From Lingula anatina (lineage: Eukaryota > Animalia > Brachiopoda): a stretch of DNA of 64,000 nt. Below the pieces are notes generated by a model. It ran no database searches. It had not been told where the DNA came from and saw nothing but the letters and a program-made list of their open reading frames with translations. Below are positions 25,601 to 37,293 of the stretch, piece after piece (the first letter of the stretch is position 1; every line of letters starts with the position of its first letter). Position numbers and translations under genes: made by a program. Location of the stretch: NCBI GenBank assembly GCA_051362555.1, contig CM120640.1:51686788-51750787 (forward strand), in the 5' to 3' direction.

Positions 25601-28600
25601 TGAACTAAATTTAAAAGATAAATCAAAAGTTTAAGGTACCTAATTTATGACAATGCAGACTGAAGAATTTATAGGCATTCATGTACAACTTTCAGGTGCA
25701 CCATATTGGTCAGTGCGCAAAGGAGACCGAAAGTTGATCATTAAACCAGCAGGAAATATGGTCCAGTTTAAGTGTCCAGCACTGGGCAATCCAGAGCCAA
25801 CCACAACCTGGCTCAGGAACAACCAAAAGTTTGACCATAGTTCAAGGCAGATTGGAGGGGTAAGGGATCAACATGTTAAGTCGTCACCAAATGCAACGTG
25901 GTGTCTCCAACAGTTGCAGGTGCTGTCGTGATCACCCTAATCCTTTGTGTAGATATCAGCTATCAAAAGTATTGATTTATTTATTTTTGACAGTTAAGCA
26001 ACAGTGTTCCTTGACACTGTTATCTATTGACTCAGTTGAAATGGTTTAAAAGGTATGCTTTACAGGGTAACTGGCATGCAGAGAAGGTATTGCAAACATG
26101 CAGATAGGTGCCACACCATTCATACATAGATTTACTTTATCTGTTTTTGTGGCTGTTTTAATGATTTGCAGTGTAAACTGGAGTCTCAATGAGCTACATT
26201 ATGTTAATCATTTATTCTTGTAATAAAACCTGGAAGCTTAAGATAAGTGAAAAGAAATATCCTAACTGACATTAACATAATAGAAATTAAGAGAAAAAAA
26301 GTAATTCTGTCTTATTTATTAATTGATGTTTGTTTTTCTCTTTGTTGGCATATTTCGAATACATTCTGATGAATTTTTGAGATCAGAATTGAGATGTTTT
26401 ACATCCTTGCCAAAGATAAAAAATTCATTGGAATTGCTTTCATTAAATTTTAGGTGACCATCCGCAAGTTCCAGCTGATGTTGAATGATTTGACGACAGA
26501 TGACATTGGAAATTACACATGCATTGTATCCAACTCTTTGGGTTCTATCAACCACACATTTACCCTTGATATTGTGGGTAAGTGATTCGATCCTTATTTC
26601 AGTAAATGAATATGAAATGTGTGTGTTTATGATTTGAAAATATAAAGTACAGTAAACAATTCTGATTAAGTTCATACTTATTAAATCATATGTATTCAAA
26701 CGTGTAAAGACAAGTTCAATAGGTTGTCATGAAGTTATTGTACAAAAATAATTTAGAGATATATTTATTATCTTTTATCTGTCCAGAACGTCTTCCCCAC
26801 AAGCCCATCTTCCAAGAAGGTTACCCTAAGAATATGACAGCAGTGGTAGGTGAAGATACCCTGCTGGAGTGCCGCATCATAAGTGACCTGCAGCCGCAAC
26901 TGCAATGGCTTAAACATTACCAAGTCAATAATTCCTACTATGACAGTGAAGGAATTCCTTATGCAGAATTGGTTCAGGTATGTACGCCTTGCTGATAAAG
27001 ATTTTGAAAATTCACAATGTGGGGATTGATAATTGGGAAATATTTTTCATTTTTGTTAATAAGTAAATAATTTTACAATTTTATTCGTAGATTTTCCTGG
27101 AATATCATTTTGAAATGTGTATGTGATATTTTTGTTTGATATTTACATGATCTGACTTGAATTTTCAGAGTGGAAATTTGAACATCACAGACCCTGGCAA
27201 GCTGTTGATCCAGAATGTGTCCTATGATGATGCAGGCTGGTATACTTGTCTGGCAGGCAATACGTTTGGTTGGTCCTACAGAGGGGTGTGGCTGACTGTA
27301 ATACCAGGTAAGGCAGGGCACATCTTATAAAGAAATTGACTTATTTGTGTTTAATAATACTTATGTTACCTGTAATAAAAATAGATACATAAAAAATTGG
27401 CACAACAGTGCATTTAGTTGTATAAACAAGGAAGTCCATTAGCAATGCTAATAGGCATTGCATCAAATCTTGAATTCTTTGTTTATCTCAAAAATGCAGA
27501 TATTACTAATTTTTTTTTTCAATTCTAACTCTTTCCAGCAGCTCTACCTAGAGATCTGAATATGACTAACTTCGATGTGTCTGAATTTCTGAGAGATGGA
27601 CAAGACCCCACCCTCCCTTTGATTGTAGCTGGAGTGGTCTTTTTATTGCTGTGCGCAATATTTATTATTGGGCTTATCGTTCACCTAAAAAAGAAAAAGC
27701 AAAGAGAACAGTATCCTCCTCAGCCTATCAAGAAAAGGGTTGTTTTGATGAGACAGGTAAATGATGTGGTGTTCCTTACATTGAATTAAAGGGTTTATCT
27801 AAAAAAAAAAATGAAATAAATATTAACTGTGTGTGCAGGTGATTCTTAGCAGCAAGTTTGTTGGTTTCAACAGGTGTTCTTTTATGGTACATAATTTGAA
27901 GTTTTAACTTTGTATTCTAATTTGTTTTGTAAATTTCAGAATGACTTGTATCGAACATATCCCAAAGATCCCAGCATGCGCAACTCTTTACTGATGCCAC
28001 TGGTGCCTCCACAAGTACGCATAGAAGGAGGAAGAAACCGCTTGTCTTCCGAGTTGACAGCATTGTCTGAGTATGAGATCCCACTTGATCCAGAATGGGA
28101 AATTAGCAGAGACAGGTGAGATTGCAACATATCAAAAAGGGAGTGTGTTGTTGAAAATATTTAACAGGAACATGCTAGTCATGTAATGAAGGCATTGAGT
28201 AAACTTGCTGGCAAAGTTGCCAGGAAAGTGAGAGGCAAAAGGAAATGCTAACCGGTAGGGCTAAGATGCAGCCACAAGGACAGCATACAATTCTCTCTCA
28301 TGCCTCAGGTGAGAGTTACAACTCCATCTTGTTAATCTATTAGCCTGGGAGGAATTTACACATCTTTCATGGACAACATAATGAATTGATTGTCCCAGAA
28401 TAGATGGCAGGTAAGAGTTGGCTCATTGAGCAAGGTGTGCGAGCCACTAGTGTCTGAAGAGCTCTGATGTGTTTATCCTGCTGAGATATCCTGTTTATCC
28501 TGCTGTTGCCAAGGGCAGACATTACCCAGATTTTTACCTTCACTTTGCATCATAGGTGCTGTAAACTATGAACTTTATTTACTGGGAATGTTTAGACAAG

Positions 28601-30872
28601 ATGATGAAGAACATTGATGGTTTTCCACTTTTTGTGGGGTGAAGTTGGGTTAAGCAATTGGTGATGGTTCACAAGCAGAACAAGGAAAGACTGATACCGA
28701 CTTCTTGTGTTAATGTATATCCTTAATATCAGTAGCAGCGCTTTAATGATTAAGTACAGCATGGCATTTCCTGCCTTTCCTTTTAGTTAGAAGTTACTTA
28801 TAACCATGATGAAATGTTGATTAAAAGCATGTCTCTAAAAGCGAGGGCCAGGCCATCGCCTGCCTAAGTAAAGGAAATCTTAACCTAGGTGTAGTGATGC
28901 TTTCTGAATACTGCTGAAATCCATTAACGTCATTCCTGTAATAAATTATATATTTTTTGTACTTATAGGGTTAGTCTAGGTAAACCTCTTGGCGAGGGAG
29001 CATTTGGTCAGGTGATCAAAGGCGAGGTTACTGGTGTGAACAACAAAGTCAGTTCCACTCCTGTAGCAGTCAAGATGCTAAAAGAGGACGCCACTGACCG
29101 GGAGTTGGCCGATTTGATTCAGGAGATGGAAGTGATGAAGATTATTGGCCGCCACATCAATATCATCAACCTTGTTGGCTGCTGTTCACAGGATGGTAAG
29201 CAAAATACTTGAAAATTGTAGCAAACTGTCATTACTTTTAGGCTAATTCCAGTAAAATACTGTAGGTGTTTTTAATATTCGAGTAAAAATTAAGTTTAAA
29301 TTGTGAAATACAAATATACTGTGAAATACAAATATTTGATCTTTTAGGTCCTCTGCATGTCATTGTTGAATATGCACCCAATGGTAATCTACGGGATTTC
29401 TTAAGAAGCAGACGGCCTCCAAACTCTGGGTATGAAAAGCCTCTAATTATCAACGATCCCTCCAAAGAAGACACTAAACCACTGACACACAAACATTTGG
29501 TGTCTTTTGCCTATCAAATCTCCAGAGGAATGGAGTATCTGGCTTCAAGACAGGTGAGAAATGTCCCTAGTTTCTAGGATATTCCTAATTTATGAGCAAG
29601 CCTTCTTCTTACTAGTTACTAAATAAAAACACATTTGTTAACTTCATGAACTAAAACTGTGTTTACTTTTTTTGTTCCTGTTGGTAAGATAATGTCTTTT
29701 AAAGAATTAAAAAGTTATGTTGTGATTCTTTCTCAGTGCATACACAGAGACTTGGCAGCAAGAAATGTCCTAGTGGCTGATGACTTCGTCCTAAAGATTG
29801 CAGACTTTGGCCTAACGCGGAATATTCAGAACATTGATTATTACAAGAAGACAACAGATGTAAGTATTTTGGCTAAAGTAGAACTTCTTTGGTATAATAA
29901 GGCCTTTGAACAAATATAAGACATGTTTATCTTCAATAGCCAGATATTCTAAGATTTTGTATGATGTTTATATGTAACATTGTTTTATGATGTCATGATG
30001 TATTCCTGTGCTTTTCTAGGGTCGCCTGCCTGTCAAATGGATGGCACCTGAAGCTTTGTTTGACAGAAAATACACTACAAAGAGTGATGTCTGGTCATTT
30101 GGGGTGCTACTGTGGGAAGTGTTCACTCTTGGTGGAAACCCCTATCCATCTGTGCCAGTGGAGAAGCTATTTGACCTCCTGAGGGAAGGCCATCGGATGG
30201 AGAGACCTCCTTACAGTTCACTAGAGATGTAAGTTGTTTTTATCATTGAAAAAATAGGATTTGTTGTGTTTGTCAGTAGTGGCAATTTGCAAATTGGACG
30301 CACCACAAACTTGGAAGATTTTGCAATAGATTTCACTGTTATACTGGATATGTCTTCATCAATCATATGGGTGCCCATTATTACAATAAAACCTAGCAAT
30401 TTTGGTGAGATTTTGAAGTTTGTTTCCTCCTTTATCCACTGTATGGTAATGTCTTTCTGTTTAGGTACCAAACTATGCTGGATTGCTGGCAGCAGCACCC
30501 TCACCAAAGACCGTCCTTTAAGGAGTTGGTGGAAGACTTGGACAGAATACTTTCCTTGTCACTCAATGAGGTATGGTTTCTTAAAAGTGCTATGTTATAT
30601 GAATTAACTTAACATTCACTCAATATCTCAGACTTGGCAAAATAAAATAAAAGTAAGATTTGAAATGAAGCAAGATTGAATTGGAGAAGTCTTTGAAATA
30701 ACATCTTCTCTGCTTGATAACCTGTTAAAAACATAACTGCAACAATCTAAAGTCTAATTTTTTTATTTTACAGGAATACCTCGACTTGGAGCCATTAGAA
30801 AGTCCGACAAGTACAATAACCACCACGAACTCTGATTCAAACTATTCAAGCATGTCATCTCCAGATTCCTAA
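7600..30872 (+). CDS. FGFR: Fibroblast growth factor receptor (signal peptide, 3 Ig domains, TM, split tyrosine kinase), 16 coding exons, about 808 aa
   Basis: join(7600..7696,20279..20432,21588..21712,22024..22092,25696..25859,26454..26577,26787..26977,27169..27307,27539..27756,27940..28115,28969..29195,29348..29553,29737..29859,30020..30228,30465..30570,30774..30872) = 2427 nt. All introns are GT-AG and all phases match. FGFR hallmarks: [80 protein letters not shown]-terminal NEEYLDL. Confidence 0.96.
17198..17333 (+). CDS. FGFR: Putative alternative FGFR signal-peptide exon, ([15 protein letters not shown])[30 protein letters not shown]
   Basis: ATG at 17243 in strong context (gacATGG). 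Hydrophobic stretch ends in small residues (VSTA). Perfect donor A|GTAAGT at 17334 is phase 1, in frame with the Ig-I exon at 20279. Confidence 0.6.
20279..20432 (+). CDS. FGFR: FGFR Ig-I first half ([52 protein letters not shown])
   Basis: Long polypyrimidine tract + cAG; I-set motif C-x-x-x-G-x-P-x-P...W-x-K-x-G; donor AG|GTGAGT. Confidence 0.92.
21588..21712 (+). CDS. FGFR: FGFR Ig-I second half ([41 protein letters not shown])
   Basis: D-x-G-x-Y-x-C motif; phase 2 in, phase 1 out; tttcAG / G|GTAGGT. Confidence 0.93.
22024..22092 (+). CDS. FGFR: FGFR Ig-I/Ig-II linker, acid-box-like exon ([23 protein letters not shown])
   Basis: ttttcAG acceptor, A|GTAAGT donor, symmetric phase 1-1, acidic content. 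Confidence 0.82.
25696..25859 (+). CDS. FGFR: FGFR Ig-II first half ([45 protein letters not shown]...)
   Basis: APYW and PAGNxVxFxCP are FGFR D2 signatures; donor GGG|GTAAGG. Confidence 0.95.
26454..26577 (+). CDS. FGFR: FGFR Ig-II second half ([41 protein letters not shown])
   Basis: DxGNYTCxVxNxxGSINHT motif; G|GTAAGT donor. Confidence 0.96.
26787..26977 (+). CDS. FGFR: FGFR Ig-IIIa exon ([44 protein letters not shown]...ELVQ)
   Basis: ERxPHxP linker and SDxQPxxQWLKH motif; CAG|GTATGT. Confidence 0.96.
27169..27307 (+). CDS. FGFR: FGFR Ig-III second half ([46 protein letters not shown])
   Basis: NVSxxDAGxYTCLAGN...WLTV motif; G|GTAAGG. Confidence 0.96.
27539..27756 (+). CDS. FGFR: FGFR transmembrane exon (...[33 protein letters not shown]...KKRVVLMRQ)
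   Basis: About 23-residue hydrophobic helix followed by a KKKK stop-transfer signal; CAGCAG acceptor; CAG|GTAAAT. Confidence 0.93.
27940..28115 (+). CDS. FGFR: FGFR juxtamembrane exon (NDLYRTY...[26 protein letters not shown])
   Basis: RLSS...SEYEIPxDPxWE motif; AG|GTGAGA. Confidence 0.95.
28969..29195 (+). CDS. FGFR: FGFR kinase subdomains I-IV
   Basis: [49 protein letters not shown]. Confidence 0.97.
29348..29553 (+). CDS. FGFR: FGFR kinase hinge and kinase insert
   Basis: [24 protein letters not shown]...[19 protein letters not shown]. Confidence 0.97.
29737..29859 (+). CDS. FGFR: FGFR catalytic and activation loop exon
   Basis: [41 protein letters not shown]. Confidence 0.97.
30020..30228 (+). 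CDS. FGFR: FGFR kinase subdomains VIII-X
   Basis: [43 protein letters not shown]...EGHRMERP. Confidence 0.97.
30465..30570 (+). CDS. FGFR: FGFR kinase subdomain XI
   Basis: [35 protein letters not shown]. Confidence 0.96.
30774..30872 (+). CDS. FGFR: FGFR terminal coding exon with PLC-gamma docking-type motif ([32 protein letters not shown])
   Basis: tttttacAG acceptor; YLDL corresponds to the Y766 site of vertebrate FGFR1; TAA at 30870-30872. Confidence 0.94.
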   Translation, partial: EYLDLEPLESPTSTITTTNSDSNYSSMSSPDS

Positions 30873-32633
30873 TAGGAATCAAACATGCCATACATATAGC
30901 TGAACAACCAGTCATGCTATGTGGGTACTTAAACCGGGCTTGTGGGCTCTCATACTGCCAAAGATTATTATTAAACTGGTGCGAAAAGAAAGTACATAAG
31001 AGGCATTGAAAAAAATGCAGGGGAATTTTGATTGAACAGAAGTTATTACATACACACACCTGCACAGTACATCCTCATGCCCAGCTTACCAGCATTATCT
31101 ATGCAATATAGTGGACCAGTCTTCCCAGTTTCCAATGCATCATGATATGGACCACGGGGACAAGAACCCAGGGCAATGGTCTCAGGTCTTGCCCAGTAGA
31201 TGGAGGACCAGTGAACAGGCAACTCTGCAATAACATGCTGCTACTTGGATAGCAGGTGGTTGGACATTTTTGAAGAGTTTACTTTTATAGTGTCATTCAA
31301 GGAATGAATGATTTGTTCAGCAAAAGAGAAAAGGTGATTTAATTTAACCATCATTTATGAAAGGGTTTACCTTCAGTTTCATTCAATGAAGGAATGAATG
31401 AATGATTTATTTACCAAAAGAAAATGGTTAAGTTTAACCACATGTTCACATCTTTATGTATTTAAAGTAATTGGCTTCCAAGTGCAGATGTTGCACGTGG
31501 TTGATGGAGGGAATACTTCACATAAGTAATCCCTTATCAGAAAAACGGTACATTTTAAGCAGTTTCCCTGGAGGTGACAACCAAAGAAACAAAAGCCAAA
31601 AAATGAATTTCTTTATCATTAAGAATAAACCAGTATGCAACATGAAGAACATTTGAATACAAACTATCCCTGCCAATTAACACAGTTGAGGTCTTGTCTT
31701 CCAGCAGCGAACCAGTTGAACAAAATGTATTGTACAGATATTTTATAGAAGCAGTGGTTTTTGTAAACTGTCATTATAATTTTATGACTTTTAATTTTAT
31801 TGAAAAATGCCTTAGAATAAGAGAGATTTTATATTTTTATCAAATGGCATAGCTGGTACTTAATGGACCTCATAGAACCAATTAACTATGCACTGTTAGC
31901 TAGGTTTTAAGTCATAGAAACTTGCACAGGTGTAAGTAACTGTATGCTGAACATATTGTGCTTGGTGCCAAGATTAGTCCCTGTAATTGTATTGTATTAT
32001 ACATCTGTTAGACACGGGCCAAATTGTGGCTACACACCAAGTCTGGTGCTTTTATTTGAGATGTACATTTTGTTTAAGTTAGGACAATAACTTATTGGTC
32101 TTTTATTAAGGTTGTTGAAAAAACTGTTGTGTGTAATAAGTAAGCAACAGTGTAGTTGATTTCAACTGTCTCCAAATTTTGTTTTAAGGTTTTGTTAGTT
32201 ATGTTGAAGCTGCTATTGCCAGAAGCTTCAACTTCACATTTTCAATTTATAGCAAAGTTGTTGTAGACACCATTTTAACTTACTATTTAAAGACTGCCAG
32301 AAATACACCAAGCTTGCCAGAGCAACATATCATGTTGTCGTATTATAAATATTTTGTACATTTTAGTTTTAGTTGCCGTCCTTAAACTTCCATTCTGAGA
32401 CTGTATGTACTGGCATTAAAATTTTATTTGTGATATGTGAACTGTTTCTTTTAAGTTAGATGAAATTAGTTAATAAGTAAGCTGAATTTTGCTGACTTAT
32501 AAAAGTACATATCTCTGTATCAATAAATATTATTTCCCTACAGGGCAATATGGTTCTATGTATTTACTATACAGTTTTGAGAGAGGAGCGAGAGCGTTGT
32601 AAGTAATGTAAATGATGTGAATAGTAAAGGAAC

Positions 32634-32639
32634 AATAAA
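32634..32639 (+). terminator. Likely FGFR polyadenylation signal
   Basis: AATAAA followed about 15-40 nt later by GU/U-rich tgatgtcttttgtttgttaatgttg; other AATAAA hexamers at 31624 and 32522. Confidence 0.5.
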
Positions 32640-34559
32640 ACCTTTTAACCTTGATGTCTTTTGTTTGTTAATGTTGAAAGATGTTGGACTATCACAATCA
32701 ACTGTTCATCTGAAAACATTTCAGTCTCTGGAGTAGAATGGCAATACAGAAAGGCTGTGACAGACCAATGGCATGGTGCTTCCTACTATTAGCACAAGCC
32801 AAAGAACAAACTGCCACAGTAATGGTGTACACAATATGATTACCTGGCGCAAATGGTCAGTCACTTACTTAGGACTGGCATGTCTTCCCGTACACTTCAG
32901 ACGGAAACATCTACATCAGATACTCACATTGGAACAGTTTTATCCTTTTTTTAGTTCTGAATTTCTAAGTACAGTAAATATGGCTTTTGGACATTCCAAC
33001 ACAGTATGCCTTGCGCTATTTACAAAATTTTGTGGTATCAGTAGCAAGAGGAATTCAGTGCTTAACCAGCCAATGGTTGCCAGAAAAAGTGCATCCATTA
33101 TCATTATTGGTAAAAGTGGCATCATGTTATTTTATTTCCATGTTTTATGTCGTGGGCTGCAGAAAAAAGTTGTACTTGAATAAGAAAGTCATTGCACTAC
33201 ATATCTCAACATTGTGTTGTCATTGTGCTCTTTGGTACAATGTGTTGTTCTAATTGCGTTGGACCTGCTCGTCTCAACTGGTGCAATAGTATGAGACTTA
33301 TTTACTTGTCAGTACAACTAGGTACTATGTGCCTGGAATTCGAGTTCTTATTTTATACAATTACATCACTGTGCAATATTTATTTTATCTTTAATTCTTA
33401 ATGGCCCATACAAGTATAAATATTGTTACCACTGCAGGGGTATGGACGCAATGGTGTATGGTTACCCCACTGCCAATACATCCATTACGCTACTGTTCTA
33501 CTGAAACATATGTATATATGTTTGCACTGCTAATGTCACTAAGTACAACATAACATAATATTTGGAAACATTAATGGATGTACAGTGCAGGGTACAACAC
33601 TACAACAGGACACTTATGCAGTTTTAATTCCCTGTTGTTCTCAATTTTAAAATTGTCCATGTCACTGAAACTTGTGAAATCTTTTCATGGGCCATGGTAT
33701 TTGTATAGAAATATTTTGCCATGTGTATTTCAAAATCATAGGGCATCATGGCTGTATAGAAATTTTGTTTGAAATCTGAGTTCAATAGTACTTCAGATGG
33801 ATGCAATGTTGTTATGTCCAAGCTCATAACACAATTACAGGGCGTAATGCCTATTTCTGGACAGTTTTTTCCAGACAACTAATAGCAATAGACGATTAAG
33901 CGACTGGTTACTCATAACTCATACAAACAACTGCTGTCTCACAACCATTTTGAACACAGCAAAATCAGTGTTTTGTCATTAATCCAACATTTTGACATAA
34001 AAAGGTATCCTATCTGGAATTATCCTGCCAAACTGAATGTGTTGTTCATCATTTTAAGGTCTGAAGAAAGATAATTAGATTTGCAGGATATGTAGACATA
34101 GAAAATGACTTTGGAGCATCTTTATATGCAGGAAGTAACCTTTTAGTAGAGGTTTTGGTGTTTTGATGGTGACCAGGTTGACTAACTAGTTACCCTCGTT
34201 TTCAAAGCCTCTTGAGTATTACTAAGGTTATTGAATCAGAGGTATCTGGTGAAATAGCGGTGAGTAACAGTGAATAATTTGGGAAACCTAATTTTTATGC
34301 ATTTTTTAATCCCTTGATATATTTCATCAAACATAACAACAGAGAAAACTAGAGGATCAGAGAGGCGATACCGCCTCCGAATATTGTACCACCAGCTGGA
34401 GCAAGCGCATTCGTATAGACCCCCACATACACAAAATAAGGGACACAGTCACCAGTCTTGTGCCTGACAAGCTGTAAACATGCAATCAACAAGAATTTTC
34501 AATATATGCAAAAAATATATGAAACTAAAAATGGTACAATCAAATTTAAGTTCATCGTA

Positions 34560-34955
34560 AGGTAGGTGAAAGGTCATTTTCAAGGTAAATTGCCTGTATA
34601 TGACTTCCTATTCAAGTTCAATAGTAACTATGGACCTATCTCTGCCAGGTTTGGAGTTAAAAGAGAAAGAAATTAGCTGAGTTCAGTTAATGATAATAAG
34701 TAGATCAAAGGTCAATTTCAAGGTCACACTTAGATTGCCAGTATATGACTTCCTATTCAAGTTCAATAGTAACTATGGACCTATCTCTGCCAGTTTTGGA
34801 GATAAAAGGGAAGCAAAATTTGCAAAGTTCAGTTCATGGTGAAAAATAGGTCAAATGTCAATTTCAAGGTCACAGTAAGATTGCCAGTATATGACTTTCT
34901 ATTCAAGTTCAATAGTATCTATGGACCTATCTCTGCTAGTTTTGCAGATAAAAGG
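34560..34955. repeat. About 3 more diverged copies of the same 146-bp monomer
   Basis: Marker at 34635, 34780, 34926. Confidence 0.9.
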
Positions 34956-35242
34956 GACTAAATGTTATAATTTTGGAGTTACCATAATGTGCCATAAATT
35001 TCCTACAGAAAAGATTAATTAAAATAAAGAAAACATCATTTTGGTCAAAATTCTTAAAATAGGAGGTGCTCTGAAGTTCCAGAAGTTCAAATTTGATGAA
35101 ATAATGTCATTTTTGACCACAAGTTGTCTGCTTTGCCAAGCCTTATGTATTATTTTTCCGGAGTTCAAAATTTATTATCCATTACCGTACTGCACATTTT
35201 GCTTTCACCACCAATATGTATTTTTTGATACAGTGTAACTTT
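34955..35242. repeat. About 290-bp non-monomer segment, copy 1 (copy 2 at about 37006-37293)
   Basis: gggactaaatgttataattttggagttacc...tgctttcaccaccaatatgta is repeated at offset 2051; near-identical ORF-track peptides at 35041 and 37092. Confidence 0.95.
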
Positions 35243-37005
35243 AGAGATAAAAGGGAAGCAAAATTTGCAAAGTTCAGTTCATAGTGAAAGGTAGGTCAAA
35301 GGTCAATTTTAAGGTCACATTTAGATTGCCAGTATATGACTTTCTATTCAAGTTCAAGAGTAGCTATGGACCTATCTCTGCCAGTTTTGGAGATAAAAGG
35401 GAAGCAAAATTTGTAAAGTTCAGTTCATGGTGAAAAGTAGGTCAAAGGTCAATTTTAAGGTCACATTTAGATTGCCAGTATATGACTTCCTATTCAAGTT
35501 CAATAGTAACTATGGACCTATCTCTGCCAGTTTTGGAGATAAAAGGGAAGCAAAATTTGCAAAGTTCAGTTCATGGTGAAAAGTAGGTCAAAGGTCAATT
35601 TTACGGTCACATTAAGACTGCCAGTATATGACTTCCTATTCAAGTTCAATAGTAACTATGGACCTATCTCTGCCAGTTTTGGAGATAAAAGGGAAGCAAA
35701 ATTTGTAAAGTTTAGTTCATGGTGAAAAGTAGGTCAAAGGTCAATTTTACGGTCACATTAAGACTGCCAGTATATGACTTCCTATTCAAGTTCAATAGTA
35801 ACTATGGACCTATCTCTGCCAGTTTTGGAGATAAAAGGGAAGCAAAATTTGTAAAGTTTAGTTCATGGTGAAAAGTAGGTCAAAGGTCAATTTTAAGGTC
35901 ACATTCAGATTGCCAGTATATGTCTTCCTATTCAAGTTCAATAGTAACTATGGACCTATCTCTGCCAGTTTTGGAGATAAAAGGGAAGCAAAATTTGTAA
36001 AGTTTAGTTCATGGTGAAAAGTACGTCAAAGGTCAATTTTAAGGTCACATTCAGATTGCCAGTATATGACTTCCTTTTCAAGTTCAATAGTAACTATGGA
36101 CCTATCTCTGCCAGTTTTGGAGATAAAAGGGAAGCAAAATTTGCAAAGTTCAGTTCATGGTGAAAAGTAGGTCAAAGGTCAATTTTACGGTCACATTAAG
36201 ACTGCCAGTATATGACTTCCCATTCAACTTCAATAGTAACTATGGACCTATCTCTGCCAGTTTTGGAGATATAAGGGAAGCAAAATTTGCAAAGTTCAGT
36301 TCATGGTGAAAAGTAGGTCAAAGGTCAATTTTAAGGTCACATTTAGATTACCAGTATATGACTTCCTATTCAAGTTCAACAGTAACCATGGACCAATCTG
36401 TGCCAGTTTTGGAGATAAAAGGGAAGCAAAATTTGCAAAGTTCAGTTCATGGTGAAAAGTAGGTCAAAGGTCAATTTTAAGTTCACATTTAGATTGCCAG
36501 TATATGACTTCCTATTCAAGTTCAATAGAAACTATGGACCTATCTCTGCCAGTTTTGGAGATAAAAGGGAAGCAAAATTTGCAAAGTTCAGTTCTTGGTG
36601 AAAAATAGGTCAAAGGTCAATTTTGAGGTCACACTTAGATTGCCAGTATATGACTTCCCATTCAAGTTCAATAAAAACTATGGACCTATCTCTGCCAGTT
36701 TTGGAGATATAAGGGAAGCAAAATTTGCAAAGTTCAGTTCGTGGTGAAAAGTAGGTCAAAGGTCAATTTTAAGGTCACATTTAGATTGCCAGTATATGAC
36801 TTCCCATTCAACTTCAATAGTAACTATGGACATATCTCTGCCAGTTTTGGAGATAAAAGGGAAGCAAAATTTGCAAAGTTCAGTTCATGGTGAAAAGTAG
36901 GTCAAAGGTCAATTTCAAGGTCACATTTGGATTGCCAGTATGTGACTTCCTATTCAACTTCAATAGTAACTATGGACCTATCTCTGCCAGTTTTGGAGAT
37001 ATAAG
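35243..37005. repeat. Tandem array of 12 x 146-bp monomers
   Basis: Marker cctatctctg (or a 1-2 nt variant) recurs at 35371, 35517, 35663, 35809, 35955, 36101, 36247, 36393, 36539, 36685, 36831, 36977; period exactly 146. Confidence 0.97.
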
Positions 37006-37293
37006 GGACTAAATGTTATAATTTTGGAGTTACCATAATGTGCCATAAATTTCCTACAGAAAAGATTAATTAAAATAAAGAAAACATCATTTTGGTCAAA
37101 ATTCTTAAAATAGGAGGTGCTCTGAAGTTCCAGAAGTTCAAATTTGATGAAATAATGTCATTTTTGACCACAAGTTGTCTGCTTTGCCAAGCCTTATGTA
37201 TTATTTTTCCAGAGTTCAAAATTTATTATCCATTACCGTACTGCACATTTTGCTTTCACCACCAATATGTACTTTTTGACACAGCGTAACTTG
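37006..37293. repeat. About 290-bp non-monomer segment, copy 2
   Basis: Near-identical to 34955-35242. Confidence 0.95.

Noticed and set aside
26978-27538. Mutually exclusive IgIIIb/IIIc exons as in vertebrate FGFR1-3
   Set aside because: Flanking introns are only 191 and 231 nt and contain no second DxGxYxC exon.
26319-30507. Antisense ORFs over FGFR exons (e.g. 26319, 27073, 27936, 29238) and + strand ORFs over FGFRL1 exons
   Set aside because: Shadow frames of real coding exons on the opposite strand.
34560-37005. Regular repeat array as CRISPR or as a coding repeat
   Set aside because: Eukaryotic context, head-to-tail 146-bp monomers with no unique spacers, period not divisible by 3, no cas genes.
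35041-37289. Duplicated 65-aa ORFs (35041 and 37092)
   Set aside because: They start at TTG, have no recognisable domain and simply reflect the duplicated spacer of the HINE.
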